A stretch of 64,000 bases of DNA, taken from positions 1,364,001 to 1,428,000 of the forward strand of contig OZ025785.1 in NCBI GenBank assembly GCA_964019425.1, written 5' to 3'. The notes beneath the pieces were generated by a model. The model was not told the origin of the DNA. It ran no database searches and saw only the letters and a program-made list of their open reading frames with translations. A program made the position numbers and the translations under genes. The stretch's first letter is position 1. The number at the start of each line of letters is the position of its first letter. The DNA is from Flectonema sp. DT1601 (Eukaryota). Shown here piece by piece: positions 9,367 to 21,327 of this stretch.

Positions 9367-12264
9367 ATGGCGACTTCATCCACCAGCCGCCGTGTTGATG
9401 ATCGGATAAAGATGATGCTTGAGAATAATGCTCAGACGAAGCACAGATCATTCTTCCTACTTGTTGGTGACAATGGTAAAGAACAAATTGTAAACCTCCA
9501 CGCCATGGTCAGCAAAGCCGCACACAAGAGTAAAGTTCCAATGCTCTGGTGCTACAAGAAAGAGTTGAGTTTCGGTGCCTCAAGCAGAGCAAAGAGAGCT
9601 GCCCGCTTTAAAAAGGAAGTCGACAGAGGTATCGCAACCGCAGAAGGAAACAACGAGTTTGAGACTTTCTTAGCTCAGAATAAAATTAGGTTTTGCTACT
9701 ACAAAGACTCACACAAGGTGTTGGGACAGACCTTTGGGATGTGCGTCCTCCAGGATTTCGAAGCTCTGACCCCCAATCTCCTTGCGAGAACTATGGAAAC
9801 TGTTGAGGGAGGAGGTCTAGTCGTTATCTTAATCAAGTCGCTCAAGTCTTTAAAACAATTATACACGATAACAATGGACGTCCACCAACGTTACAGAACA
9901 TCCCAACACAGTGACATCGTTCCTCGTTTTAATGAACGATTCTTACTTTCTCTTGCTGATTGTAAGTCGTTTTTGTGTGTCAGTGACAAGTTAGAAGTGC
10001 TTCCTTTTACAACTGCAACCAGGGCGGGTGTGCAGCAGGTTCCAAAGGATATCTTTACAGAGGAAGAGAAGAAGCTGAAATTGCTTCAGATTGACCTAAA
10101 GGGAAATGAGTTGGTTGGTCCGTTGATTGAGAAGTGTGTGACACTTGATCAAGCAACAGCAGTACTTGGAATGATGGAGGTTGTGGCTGAAAAGACATTG
10201 ACGACGACATCAACAGTAACAGCAGGACGTGGTAGAGGTAAATCTGCTGCCCTCGGGCTTATCGCAGCTGGAGCAGTGTCTCAGGGATACTCCAACATCT
10301 TTGTGACATCTCCGTCTCCTGAAAACGTTCAAACCCTATTCGAGTTTGCAGCAAAGGGTCTTGAGTCAATGGGTTACACTGAACGTGTTGACTATTCTAT
10401 TATCCAAGCTGACTCAGATGAGCTTTCTAACGCAGTAATTCGTATTAATATCTTTAAAGGACACAGACAGACAATTCAATATTTACTACCAACTGATTCG
10501 AGTAGATTCGCACAAGCAGAGCTTCTCATTGTCGATGAAGCTGCTGCTATTCCACTTCCACTTGTAAAGACTCTCATGGGACCTTATTTAGTGTTCTTAT
10601 CAACAACAATAACAGGATATGAAGGCACAGGAAGATCTCTCAGCTTAAAGTTCTTCAGCGAATTGAAAAAGCAAGCCCGTGGAAGTAGCTCGGCCGAGAA
10701 GTCCGGTAGAACAATTAAAGACATAAAGCTAACACAACCAATTAGATACGCAAGCAACGATCCAGTTGAATCTTGGCTTAACAAGGTACTTTGTTTAGAG
10801 CCGACAACAACTACACCTCCGCCTGTACACCCGGATACGTTAGAATTATTTTACGTAAACAGAGATACTTTATTTTCCTATCACGGAGTTGCTGAAGAGT
10901 TACTACAGAGGATTGTCACTTTATACGTCTCAAGTCATTATAAGAACCAACCTAATGACTTACAGTTGTTGTCAGATGCTCCTGCTCATCATTTATTTGT
11001 ACTCTTGGATGTTAACAATAAGGAAGAAGGTTCAGTTCCTCACGTGTACGCTGTAATCCAATGCTGTGCTGAGGGTAGCATTGCTGGAACTAAATTAGAA
11101 CAAGATCTTAGTAAAGGTGTGAGACCTGCTGGAGATCTCATTCCATACACTTTAAGTCAAAACTTTCAAGAGCATGGTTTTGGTGAGCTCCCGGGAATGC
11201 GAGTCTTCAGAATCGCTGTTTCACCTGAACTCACTGGACAGCAATACGGAACTAAAGCATTACAGCTTCTTACTGATTACTACAACGGTAAGATCAGCCC
11301 TATCGGTGAAACAACTGAAGCTGTTGAGGAATGTGTTCGCGATACTGAAGATGGTTTTAGTATCGCTCCCCGTAAGAACCTTCCTCACTTACTTCACAGA
11401 TTAACAGACAGACGTCCTGAAAACTGTGCCTACCTTGGTGTTGGTTTTGGACTTACAACTCAGCTGTTCAATTTCTGGAAACGTGCTGGATTCACACCAG
11501 TTTACTTACGTCAAGGTAAGAATGATTTAACTGGTGAGCACAGCATGATGATGATTCGCTCACTCGAAAACAGTACCTACGGAGCTCAGAGTTGGGTCAC
11601 AAAATTTGGATCTGACTTCAGAAAGAGATTTCTCAGATTACTACCTCTTTCTTTCAAGAGTATACCGTTAGTTACAGCACTCGGTGTTATTACAGACCTG
11701 AACGACTTAACTAAATCAGATGTAGTTGTGAAGGAAGACGGATGCTACGTCGCTGGTGTAAAGCAATTGGACGAGGAATCCCTTTTAGAAGAATTCTCTA
11801 CTTACGATTTACAGAGAATATCAGCGTATTGTAGGCAGATGGTTGATCGTGGTGTTGTATTGGACTTGATTCCAGCAGTTGCGAACATGTATTTCAGCGG
11901 TAGGCTTAGAGCTCTCCCAGACGGTTCTGAAGGTGTTGTCCTTCCTCTGACACACAGAGCAGTCTTACTGGCACTTGGGTTGCAAGGTCTCATTTTTGAA
12001 GATATTCTTCGTCAGTCGGATTTTGCGTCGACTGAAGCCAACCAACTCTCTTCGTTCTTCGATAAGACACTCACTCGTATCAATGCTCACTTTAATGCTA
12101 TTCGTACTCTGGAGACTACTGCTGACGATGACGATGATGAAATTAAAACAACTACTGGAACTCCACAAGGTATCATCTCAGTAAAGAGAAAGAAGAAGCA
12201 AAAACGTGAAGAAGAACCTGAAGCTCCTGCTGCAAAGAAGGTGATCAAGAGAAAGAAGAAATAA
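9367..12264 (+). CDS. NAT10: RNA cytidine acetyltransferase (NAT10/Kre33)
   Basis: QDFEALTPNLLARTMETVEGGG, TAGRGRGKSAALG, DEAAAIPLP, GYEGTGRSLSLK, SSHYKNQPNDLQLLSDAPAH, GNAT region and basic C-terminal NLS. Intronless. Confidence 0.97.
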   Translation: MATSSTSRRVDDRIKMMLENNAQTKHRSFFLLVGDNGKEQIVNLHAMVSKAAHKSKVPMLWCYKKELSFGASSRAKRAARFKKEVDRGIATAEGNNEFETFLAQNKIRFCYYKDSHKVLGQTFGMCVLQDFEALTPNLLARTMETVEGGGLVVILIKSLKSLKQLYTITMDVHQRYRTSQHSDIVPRFNERFLLSLADCKSFLCVSDKLEVLPFTTATRAGVQQVPKDIFTEEEKKLKLLQIDLKGNELVGPLIEKCVTLDQATAVLGMMEVVAEKTLTTTSTVTAGRGRGKSAALGLIAAGAVSQGYSNIFVTSPSPENVQTLFEFAAKGLESMGYTERVDYSIIQADSDELSNAVIRINIFKGHRQTIQYLLPTDSSRFAQAELLIVDEAAAIPLPLVKTLMGPYLVFLSTTITGYEGTGRSLSLKFFSELKKQARGSSSAEKSGRTIKDIKLTQPIRYASNDPVESWLNKVLCLEPTTTTPPPVHPDTLELFYVNRDTLFSYHGVAEELLQRIVTLYVSSHYKNQPNDLQLLSDAPAHHLFVLLDVNNKEEGSVPHVYAVIQCCAEGSIAGTKLEQDLSKGVRPAGDLIPYTLSQNFQEHGFGELPGMRVFRIAVSPELTGQQYGTKALQLLTDYYNGKISPIGETTEAVEECVRDTEDGFSIAPRKNLPHLLHRLTDRRPENCAYLGVGFGLTTQLFNFWKRAGFTPVYLRQGKNDLTGEHSMMMIRSLENSTYGAQSWVTKFGSDFRKRFLRLLPLSFKSIPLVTALGVITDLNDLTKSDVVVKEDGCYVAGVKQLDEESLLEEFSTYDLQRISAYCRQMVDRGVVLDLIPAVANMYFSGRLRALPDGSEGVVLPLTHRAVLLALGLQGLIFEDILRQSDFASTEANQLSSFFDKTLTRINAHFNAIRTLETTADDDDDEIKTTTGTPQGIISVKRKKKQKREEEPEAPAAKKVIKRKKK

Positions 12265-12903
12265 GTCTTTCGTTAGTTGGGGAAAAGATGTGACAAGACC
12301 CGACTGGTTTTTGAGTGCGGTTGAATGACGGACATGTAATGATTTTATGAAATACCCGAAAAAATCTTTTTTTTTGTCTGTGAGTTCTGTTGAGAAGAAA
12401 AAAACGGGGAAAAAAAAAAAAAAAAAAAAGAAAAATGAAAAGAAACTTACGAAAATATGTCTTATTTTTTCCTTTAAATTTCTGTATGGTTTCGTAATGT
12501 TCTTATTGCTGACCTGAATGAAGAAGACAACCGAAATCCACTATTTTGCCAGCCGTTAAAGTGCATTTTATCAACCATACAAATCAAAAAAAAAAAAAAT
12601 TATAAAAAAAAGTGTTGTTTTTTTTTTCCTCCTTTTTTGATTTTACGTCTTTTTTTTTCTTTCTAATCACCATTGTTATCATTTATATCGATTTTTTTTT
12701 TTTTTTTTGTTAATTTGTTGTTGTTAATATCGCTTTAGTTCAATTCCCTCTCTGCGGCAGATAACATCATAAAAATTAGGGCTTTCTTATGTGTGTTTCT
12801 TATTAAAAAGTTTATTAATCATCATCGTAAGACTATCTTCATCAGGGTAAATTGATTTTGTGATGCTCTGAAAAAGTTATTATCAAATCTCAATACCAAT
12901 AAA

Positions 12904-14071
12904 ATGTGTTGCAATAAGTCAGTTACGGTACCGATACCGGTTGATCTTCTTAGCTTAATACTAAAATACTTAACTGCGGGGGAAATGAGAGACAGTGAAC
13001 AAGTCTGTAAGAAATGGAAAAGTGTCTTAGAGGGAAGTCAATATTATAAAACTGTTAGAAATCTCAACGGAGTCCTCGCAATCGGAGGATACGACGGCAT
13101 AACAGAACTGGAAAGCGCAGAACTATACACACCGAACAGTAACAAGTGGGCTCCATTTAAAAAAATGAGACACCGACGGTCTCATGTTGGCTGCAGTGTT
13201 ATTGATAGGAGAATATACGTCGTGGGAGGTAGAGATGGTGATCAGAGACTCAAAGTGTGTGAGGTTTACGATCCATTCGAAGGTAAGTGGCTTAGCATGC
13301 CATCAATGAATAGACGTCGGTCATCTTTATCACTGAGAAGTGTTGGGAATTGTCTTTATGCTTTTGGTGGCTATGATGGTTCTCAAGAGAATGGGGCTGC
13401 TGAAGTTTATAATGTTGAAACCCAACAATGGTCTGACATCGCTACTGACAGGCCTCGTTCACAAATGGCATCAGCAGTGTTGGGTTCATATGTTTATCTG
13501 TTGGGAGGTTGTAGAAACTCTGGTCGTGACATCCTTCGTGAAGCCTGTCGCTATAACGTTCTTAGCAACACATTCGAATCTCTTCCTGACATGACTGAGA
13601 AACGTCTGAGTAGTGCTGCCACTGTGTTAAATGATTTAGTTTATGTACTCGGTGGTAGTAATGATAGTTATGTTCATCAATCTGTGGAGTGTTTTGATCC
13701 TCGCTGTAACACCTGGTCACGTGCTGCTGATTTGAGTAAGAAACGAGTGAATCTCGGATCTGTAACTTTTGAGAATACAATTCTAGTGATAGGAGGATTC
13801 CACAGTCAACTAAACCAACTCTCAGTTGTTGAAAGATTCTTCCCTCGTGACCATCCTCAATACACAGAAGTTGTTAAGGAAACAGCTACCAACATCTGTT
13901 GCAATAATGTTGGTGTCCCAACAGAGGGTTGTCCAGGAGCCTGGAAGACTTGCAGGTATGTACTTGTTGTTATCAAAAAAATATTTGTTTTTTCTTCAAA
14001 GTAAAAAAACAACATATAACAGCGAGTTAATTCACTGCAGGGATGCGGTTTCAGTCTGCGTCTTTGAATGA
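12904..14071 (+). CDS. F-box/kelch-repeat protein, two exons (12904-13955, 14023-14071)
   Basis: F-box IPVDLLSLILKYL...QVCKKW followed by six kelch repeats (GG..E.Y....W). The GTATGT..AACAG intron at 13956-14022 adds SELIHCRDAVSVCVFE*, closing the propeller. Confidence 0.9.
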
Positions 14072-16387
14072 AGCAGACTGTTTGATTGGCTTTATGACAG
14101 TCGTTCGAGAAACTACTACTAATTAGCAAAGTTTCCGATAAATCTAAAGTGAGACCACACTTTTTTCTTTGTTCTTTGACCTTTGTCTAATAGTCAAAAC
14201 GATTTATTTTTATGTTTTTTTTTTTTAAATAGTTTTCTTTTTTTTTTTTAATGATGTGGCCTTTCTCAAAGTTAACACATACCTCTCTGACCGAAGTAAA
14301 AGAGCATAATAAAAAAAAAAAAAAGTCTCTTTTGCATTAATGTGGGTACGGTGGGTGATTGATAAGAATTCTAACTTCAATCTCTTGTAACGTACACTTT
14401 ACTTATTTAATGAATAGTAGTTGGTTTATTCTTCGGTACTTTTAAGTGCTTTGATAAAAAAAAATGGCAACTTCTTTTTTTTCCGTCGAAGCGATACTTA
14501 TCACACACCAAAACATAAATATCTTCGATGTCGGAAAGCCATTGCTGACTTCCATATCGGTTTTCCTTTTTTTTTTTTTTTTTTTTTGAATTTATTTCTT
14601 AAGACATCTTGCGAGCCATTGAGGTCTAGGTCCCGACTATTGAGAAGGAGAAATAGCTGATGCGACAGTACTGTTCGTCACACAGAAAAAGCAAGTATTA
14701 GTCCGTTAGTTTGTTTTCAAGCATACTTCACTCTCAGTTATTCTACGTACGTTACACGTGATTCATTCAGTAGGTGAGGTTTAGCAAAAGCTTTCCCACT
14801 TTTTTTCATTCTATATTCAACATAAACAATTTGGGTGGTACTTCGCTTTCTCCCCATAACGGATTTAGTCGATTTTTTTTGTTTTTGTTTTTTACTTTAG
14901 TTAACCCATACCAACATCAACACACGGGGGGAGGTGCTTCATTTTTTTGAAACGAGAGAATACGGTTTTTTTCCTGTGTGGTTCTCTCCAAACTTGGGGT
15001 TGGATCTGTAGGTTTTCACCCTTTTTTTTTTTATATTCTTGTAACGTTGTTTGTTTGTTTTTATTTTTTTATCTGCTGTAAATGCCAACGAGCGTCACCT
15101 CACGGCATTCTACCTGATTACAGTTACAGTACGTTTGTATTTCTATTACCCGTTCGAATGAGGGGAAAGGAAAAAAAAAAAAAAAAAAAAAAAACACGTG
15201 CGGTTTAGGTAAACTGTACTTTTACCAAAGTACGTCGTCACTGATTTCCCTCCCCCTCCTCTTTTCTTTTTTTCTTTTCTTGTATTATAAAATTATGGGT
15301 TGTGATTTAAACGTATTCCGCAGTGTAATCTATAAGAGCAGATCAATGCGTGTGTGTTTTTTTTTTTTTTTTTTTTTAAAAGACTATTCTTTTTATATCT
15401 TGATTAGGTACACCATCTCATAACAAACTCATCTATGCTGGTGTTGTACTTCCTCAGAATAACACTTATTAACTACTTTTTTGTTTTTTATTTACCTGAA
15501 GGTAGTTTTTTTTTCACGTTTTTTGCTTCTTCGATAAAAAAAGCGTGATCGTGATTTAATTCTTTTTTTCTTTTTTTTTAAATTTCTGTTTTTTTCACTT
15601 TCAGACCTCACAACTAACTTTGTAATCTTTCTCAGTTGTTGTGGGTAGGCCGTTTTCGATTTTTTTTTAATTTTAAATTAATGTTGTTGGAAGGAATCAC
15701 AAGACAACAATCGAAGGCTTTTTAAATGTGTTTTTATAAAAAAAAATAACAATAACAGGCATTTGAATGGTCCCATATCTTTTTTTTTTTTTACCTTTTT
15801 TTTTTAAAAAAAAACTACACCGCACACCTTTTTTTTTCCCCTTTTTTTTTCTTACTATGAAAACTTGTTTTTTTTTTTGTTTTGGAAGAGTAACTGTGAT
15901 CATTTTTCTTTAAGAATTACATATCAGTGTTGCAATGTCAATCCTTTCATTAACGTATTAGCCGAAGGTACCGTGTGTATATATTTTAACCCTTTTTTTA
16001 TTTTTTATTATTCGTTCACTTAAAAGAGAGTGAGTGTGAAGAAGGTAGCAATATAGAACAGATTGATCGTCTTTTTTCATTTGCTGCTTACTTAAAATGT
16101 TGCATATTTCCTCTGTTTTCTTTTATATTTTTTTTTTATTCAAAATATCCTCTTCCTATTAGTAATTATTTATTATTATTGCTCTTTTCTTTTTTTTTGG
16201 GGGGGTGTTTTTTGTATCATAGTAACGTAGTAGTCGTGGTTTGTCTGTTTTTTTTTTTTTTTTTTTTTTTAATTTTAAACTCCAACAGTTAGAAAGCTAC
16301 ATTGTTACTTTAAGTATTAATAATAAAATATATTATTACTCAAACACAATAAGCAAAACAAGCGGTTTTTTTTTTTGCACCACGGAG

Positions 16388-16501
16388 AAGAAACTGTTCA
16401 GATTTAAGAGCCGTTTATTTATTATGGCTCGAATGTTATATTTTCCTGTGCATTGGAGCATTACAGTCTGCGATCAACAAAATATAAGGCCTTATCTGAA
16501 T

Positions 16502-16535
<34 letters not shown>
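16388..16535 (+). repeat. Short dispersed element, copy 1 (~115 bp plus T tract)
   Basis: GATTTAAGAGCCGTTTATTTATTATG..AATGTTAT..TTTTCCTGTGC..GTCTGCGATCAAC..AAATATAAGGC..GAATGG(T)n. Similar sequence at ~23800 and ~62600. Confidence 0.8.
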
Positions 16536-16537
<2 letters not shown>

Positions 16538-16838
16538 CCTGTGAAATGCTTACACAAAAAAATTGTCTTATGTTTATTTTATTTTTTTTTCTAATTATCC
16601 GCGAAACAGTTGTGTATTACTTTTTTTTTCTTTTTTTTTTTTCTAAGTCATCGAACACCTTAATAAATAATCATACTTATCTCTTAAAAAGCCTACACAT
16701 GGTCGGCAAAGGTCTACTGATGAACTCTTACCAACCTTAGTTAGGCAGCTGGTAATTGGTAGTTGTTGATTTCTTCTGAATGTCCCTTCCACTTAAGGAT
16801 AGTCGCAATACTCACATTACTCAAAGACACACACAACA

Positions 16839-17702
16839 ATGATAGCAGTTGTTTTTTCTGTTTTGGTGGTTTCAATCACATCAAATAATACGAACAAGTC
16901 ACCTCATGAGTTTAGTACATCTTACACGGGAGGGTATTCAATTAAAGGATACACTCCTAGCTCAGTAGGCAAGCATCCACTCTATATATGGCTGACAGGG
17001 ACAGGAATGGATTCATGGGGGATTGATGCACAGCAATACACTCAATACATGGCTAGTCATGGTGTAGTAGGAGCGAGTGTATTCTATAACAGTGACGCCT
17101 ATCCGGTACTGTGTAGTGGGTTTAGGAATAAAGCAGAATCTATTTTTAATATCTCCAATGAAGACTCTGCTATTGGAGTTCTATGTAAAAGAAGTGATGT
17201 CGACTGTACCATGGGAGTAGTCGTTTCAGGGTTTAGTCAAGGAGCTCAGCTAACATCATTAGCAAAGAATTACGCTGGAAACATAGTAAAGGCGATCTAT
17301 GAATCAGCAGGAGGTAATAGGTTAACCCTGACAGGAATAGGCCCAGGTTTTGTTAAGTGTCTATCGCATGAATATCTGACGATACCAACAATTGATATTC
17401 GTTCAGTTATAGGAGAATCGGATGACTACTTTGGTAGAACACAACCAGGTCTTCAACACCAACAAGAGGCTATCACTGGTCAGATATGTTCAAATGGTAC
17501 TTACAATTGTATGAACTCTGATGGTAGTGGTTGGTACATCCTTCTTAACTCTCAACCTGCAAGTGGAAAAGCAATTCACTGCTACGCTTATCAAAATGCT
17601 AACTGTTCGATTCAAGGTTTTGATGATCAATATTCTTCTTCAACTTCTCCTTGGTCACTTACCTCAAACCTCAATTGGTTAATTACTAAACTAAAAAAGT
17701 GA
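16839..17702 (+). CDS. Secreted alpha/beta-hydrolase (esterase/cutinase-like)
   Basis: Hydrophobic signal peptide, nucleophile elbow VVSGFSQGA, candidate Asp (GESDD) and His (AIHCY), several Cys. Confidence 0.8.
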   Translation: MIAVVFSVLVVSITSNNTNKSPHEFSTSYTGGYSIKGYTPSSVGKHPLYIWLTGTGMDSWGIDAQQYTQYMASHGVVGASVFYNSDAYPVLCSGFRNKAESIFNISNEDSAIGVLCKRSDVDCTMGVVVSGFSQGAQLTSLAKNYAGNIVKAIYESAGGNRLTLTGIGPGFVKCLSHEYLTIPTIDIRSVIGESDDYFGRTQPGLQHQQEAITGQICSNGTYNCMNSDGSGWYILLNSQPASGKAIHCYAYQNANCSIQGFDDQYSSSTSPWSLTSNLNWLITKLKK

Positions 17703-17999
17703 GTAGTGAGTCAAGAAATGATTTTATTGAGTTCCTTTCTACTTTTGTGACAAATCTTGTGTACGGAGTCTTTTTGTGTGTTCATGTAAACAATATTTTA
17801 AAAAGAAAAATTATGTTCGTGTTTAACGACCTAATTCAACTTTCTTTTTTCTTTTTTTGGAACCCTTTTGTTACTCGAGATCGATCGTTGTCTCGCCCTC
17901 CCCGTGTGTGTAATCTGATGACTGGACACTATACTTAACTATTACAAATGTTTTTATTATTTTATTACACAACAAAATAAAACCTATCTTCCTAAAGAG

Positions 18000-20018
18000 A
18001 TGTCAAAAGCTGATGAAATCAATAACTCTGTAGAGCCAGTTCTTTGTGTGATTGATACTTCTCAGTTAAGACAACAGCTTCTATTATTGAACAAAGAATC
18101 AAACCGACACGATGAACATTATAAAGATATGAGTAACCGAATTGACATTATTGAAAATGGAGCAATGGAAAACAGTTTAGAAAAACAAAGACAGATTGAA
18201 TCGCTGAAGGAATTTGGAATTTGTACAAACAACAAAGTTGAAACACACTCAAAGCTTCACACGGATACATCAGCAACTATAGAACTCCTCACTGACAGAC
18301 TATCACAATTCGAACAACAGACAGCTTCATCCTTGGAACTACTTGAACATCGCGTGACAATATCGTTTCAAAGACAATTCTCTGAACTGGGTCATTCACT
18401 ACAACAGAATTCAATCACTGCATCAAACGAGTTGCAAGCTCACCAACAACTGGTCAAAACACAGTTTGAAGAACAACAATTATTAATTTGTGACCTTCAA
18501 AAGAGATTAGATTTAAGCGACAAAACTGCTTCGGAAGAAGTATCTGAACGAAAAAAAGCAATAAACGGAGCTATGAAACAGCTAATAACCACAGTGAATA
18601 ATACTGAAGGAAAAGTTAGAAAACATGAAGGAATGCTGGCAGCAGAGACGAGAAAGATTAGAGAGCATTTACAGCAATTAGAAAGTCTGGTTACGGATGT
18701 GAATCAAACAGGTCGATCGAATGTCATTGAAATTGACAACATAAAAGAACACGTCTCAGTATGTCAATTATTAATACCAAAAGTTGAGTCACTTCAGACC
18801 GATCAAGAAGCTATTAAAAAGAACTCTTCTCATCAACATGGAACTCTTCTTAAACAATTTGAATCAAAATTCAACAACATTACAACGAAAACTGTTCAGA
18901 CTGCTAAAAGGTTGGAAAATACACTCTCAGAGTCTATTCAGAAATCTGCAGCAGAAATTACATCACAATTCAGTGAGCTTCTTATAACCAGAGTTCGGGA
19001 TATAACAACTCAGCAAACTGCTTTCAGAGAGAAGGTTAAGAAAAATGTTGAAAAGATGAAACAAAACACTGTCGTTGTAATAAACCAATTTAAAGAAGAG
19101 TCTGACAGCGCTTCTGAAAACAGAGATAAGACAGTGTCTCGATTGAAGAGTGAATTTGAAGACATCACTGAGAGAATATCTCAAACACAAGTGGAAGTTG
19201 AAAAACGTCTAATTGATGTCAGTAGTAAACTATCAGAGAATCGTGGTGAGATAAGAGCTGTTGAAGATCGATGTTTAGCTATAACTTCCTCAAGGGTTGA
19301 CGAGATAGCCAGACAGCTTCATCAGCTATCGGAAGACTCAATTGATCTCAATGGACATGTAGAAACCATATCAGCTTCACAGAAGACTGCTTTATCAAAA
19401 ACAAACAACACATTCTCTGAAATAGCTCTTCTTCAAGACACACTCCAGACTCACGAAACTGAATCAGCTCGTCTCACTTGTGACATCAATAGAATTAAAT
19501 CATTAGACTCTTCCTTAAGAAAAGAAATATCAACAACTGTAGCAAACAGTGCTGCGATTACAAAGGAGTTTCATTCATTCTTAAACCTTTGGGGAATAGA
19601 GAAACATGTGTTGACTCGATCACAAGCAATGTGTCTCTCTGATAAGGTTAACCTAATTCACTCAACTCCGGCATTTATATCATTATTGTGTGGTCAGCAA
19701 TCCTTTCAAAGTGGAGGAGGTAGTGTTGATGACGTAAAGAGACGTCGTCAACTGGAAGTTGGATTTACTGTACGTGGGGAGTACGGTCGCAGAGGTGCAG
19801 AAATTTGTAACATCACACCAGGTAGTCCCGCAGCTCTAGCAGGGTTCCGATTAGGTGATAGAGTTCTTTATTGCAATGGATCTAAAGTAGATACAGATTA
19901 CGATTTATCATCGGCTCTTGGAGTAACTACTTCTCCAGACTTAAAGATTACAAGAATCCCACTCGGATCTACAGCCCCTACTACTTCAGACTTGTTATCA
20001 CCTCAGAGGAATCGTTAG
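18000..20018 (+). CDS. Long coiled-coil protein with C-terminal PDZ domain
   Basis: ~530 aa of heptad-rich E/Q/K/L sequence, then VGFTV...ITPGSPAALAGFRLGDRVLYCNG (PDZ signature). Confidence 0.85.
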   Translation: MSKADEINNSVEPVLCVIDTSQLRQQLLLLNKESNRHDEHYKDMSNRIDIIENGAMENSLEKQRQIESLKEFGICTNNKVETHSKLHTDTSATIELLTDRLSQFEQQTASSLELLEHRVTISFQRQFSELGHSLQQNSITASNELQAHQQLVKTQFEEQQLLICDLQKRLDLSDKTASEEVSERKKAINGAMKQLITTVNNTEGKVRKHEGMLAAETRKIREHLQQLESLVTDVNQTGRSNVIEIDNIKEHVSVCQLLIPKVESLQTDQEAIKKNSSHQHGTLLKQFESKFNNITTKTVQTAKRLENTLSESIQKSAAEITSQFSELLITRVRDITTQQTAFREKVKKNVEKMKQNTVVVINQFKEESDSASENRDKTVSRLKSEFEDITERISQTQVEVEKRLIDVSSKLSENRGEIRAVEDRCLAITSSRVDEIARQLHQLSEDSIDLNGHVETISASQKTALSKTNNTFSEIALLQDTLQTHETESARLTCDINRIKSLDSSLRKEISTTVANSAAITKEFHSFLNLWGIEKHVLTRSQAMCLSDKVNLIHSTPAFISLLCGQQSFQSGGGSVDDVKRRRQLEVGFTVRGEYGRRGAEICNITPGSPAALAGFRLGDRVLYCNGSKVDTDYDLSSALGVTTSPDLKITRIPLGSTAPTTSDLLSPQRNR

Positions 20019-20295
20019 ACTACTTGAGAAAAGTATTCGTATCCTCAACTCTTACAATTTACACAGGTCGGTCTTACGTCGCAACCTGGCTAGCCTACCG
20101 GCTTCTCCAGCACGCGACATGTTCATTAATGCTATCATCGGTTACTACGTAGATGAAATATATTTATTAATACAGGTAAGTACAGAGATGTGTAAGGACA
20201 GGGATATACCTACGAATAAATATTGTTAGTAATAGTTTACGTGTAGAAGTTTTATTATTTGTTTCCAGCACACAGGTAATTTATTGATAGAGAAG

Positions 20296-21327
20296 ATGGT
20301 ATCGGAAGAGAAGAAGTCAGTTACTGTTCGCGTTCCAGCAACAAGTGCTAATCTAGGACCTGGTTATGATGTGTTGGGAATGAGTTTAGATATCTGGCAG
20401 GAGGTTACTGTTGAGCGAGCGGATACTTTCTCAATGACTGTAGAGGGAGAAGGAGAAGGAAAAGTCCCACTGGATGAATCAAATTTAATAATAAAAGGAG
20501 TAATGAGAGCCTTTCACATGGCAGGCAAGGATTATCCACCACTCAAGTACCATGTGGTGTCACAGATTCCTTTCATGGCTGGTTTGGGATCAAGCAGTGC
20601 AGGTCTTGTTGCTGGTCTTCTAGCAGGATTAGCACTTGCAGGTCACGAGTGCAATATCGAAGGTGAGGAGGAACTTCTTCAGGCAGCAGCTGAAATAGAA
20701 GGACATCCCGACAATGTTTCCCCAGCTATTTATGGAGGACTTCAAATGGGACTTCATACTGGCAGCAGATACTACACTCATCGTATTAAAGTTCCTGTTG
20801 GTCTTCAATGTGTTCTCTTTATCCCTGATGAACCTAAGAAGGGAGGAACATCCCAAAACCGTTCCCTTCTAAAGCCTGAGATCTCTCGTGCTGATGCGGT
20901 CTTCAATCTTCAAAGAATTGCTTTCTTGGTTTCATGTTTTGAAACAGGAAATTTAAGGAATTTGAAGTACGCGATGGATGATCGACTTCATCAGCCACAA
21001 CGAGGAGTTGTGATGCCTCACTTGTATCAGATTATGAAAGCAGCTACTGAGTCGGGTGCGTTAGGTTCATATTTGTCTGGTGCTGGACCATCAGTAATGG
21101 CAATCTGTGAGGGTCGTAATGTTCAATTGCAGCAAAAGTCAGAACGCATTGAAGAGCGCATTGGAAAGGCCATGATCGAACAAGCGAAGTTAATTGGTGT
21201 CCCAGGACGTGTATTCATCACGTACCCTACACAGCTGGGAGCTCATATAGTTAAGTGTGATCCTCCTATTTCTAAGGGAACCCTACACAGATTTTCTCCT
21301 TTCCGAGCTGTAACCAGTAAGTTCTAA
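20296..21327 (+). CDS. thrB: Homoserine kinase (GHMP family)
   Basis: VRVPATSANLGPGYD, IPFMAGLGSSSA, IEGHPDNVSPA, DRLHQPQR, YLSGAGPS. Confidence 0.95.
   Translation: MVSEEKKSVTVRVPATSANLGPGYDVLGMSLDIWQEVTVERADTFSMTVEGEGEGKVPLDESNLIIKGVMRAFHMAGKDYPPLKYHVVSQIPFMAGLGSSSAGLVAGLLAGLALAGHECNIEGEEELLQAAAEIEGHPDNVSPAIYGGLQMGLHTGSRYYTHRIKVPVGLQCVLFIPDEPKKGGTSQNRSLLKPEISRADAVFNLQRIAFLVSCFETGNLRNLKYAMDDRLHQPQRGVVMPHLYQIMKAATESGALGSYLSGAGPSVMAICEGRNVQLQQKSERIEERIGKAMIEQAKLIGVPGRVFITYPTQLGAHIVKCDPPISKGTLHRFSPFRAVTSKF

Noticed and set aside
2726..12264. Functional link between NAT10 and the nearby snoRNAs (acetylation guides like snR4/snR45/SNORD13)
   Set aside because: I found no complementarity to the SSU helix 34 or helix 45 acetylation regions. 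The identified guides follow the ordinary methylation rule, so the proximity is probably incidental.
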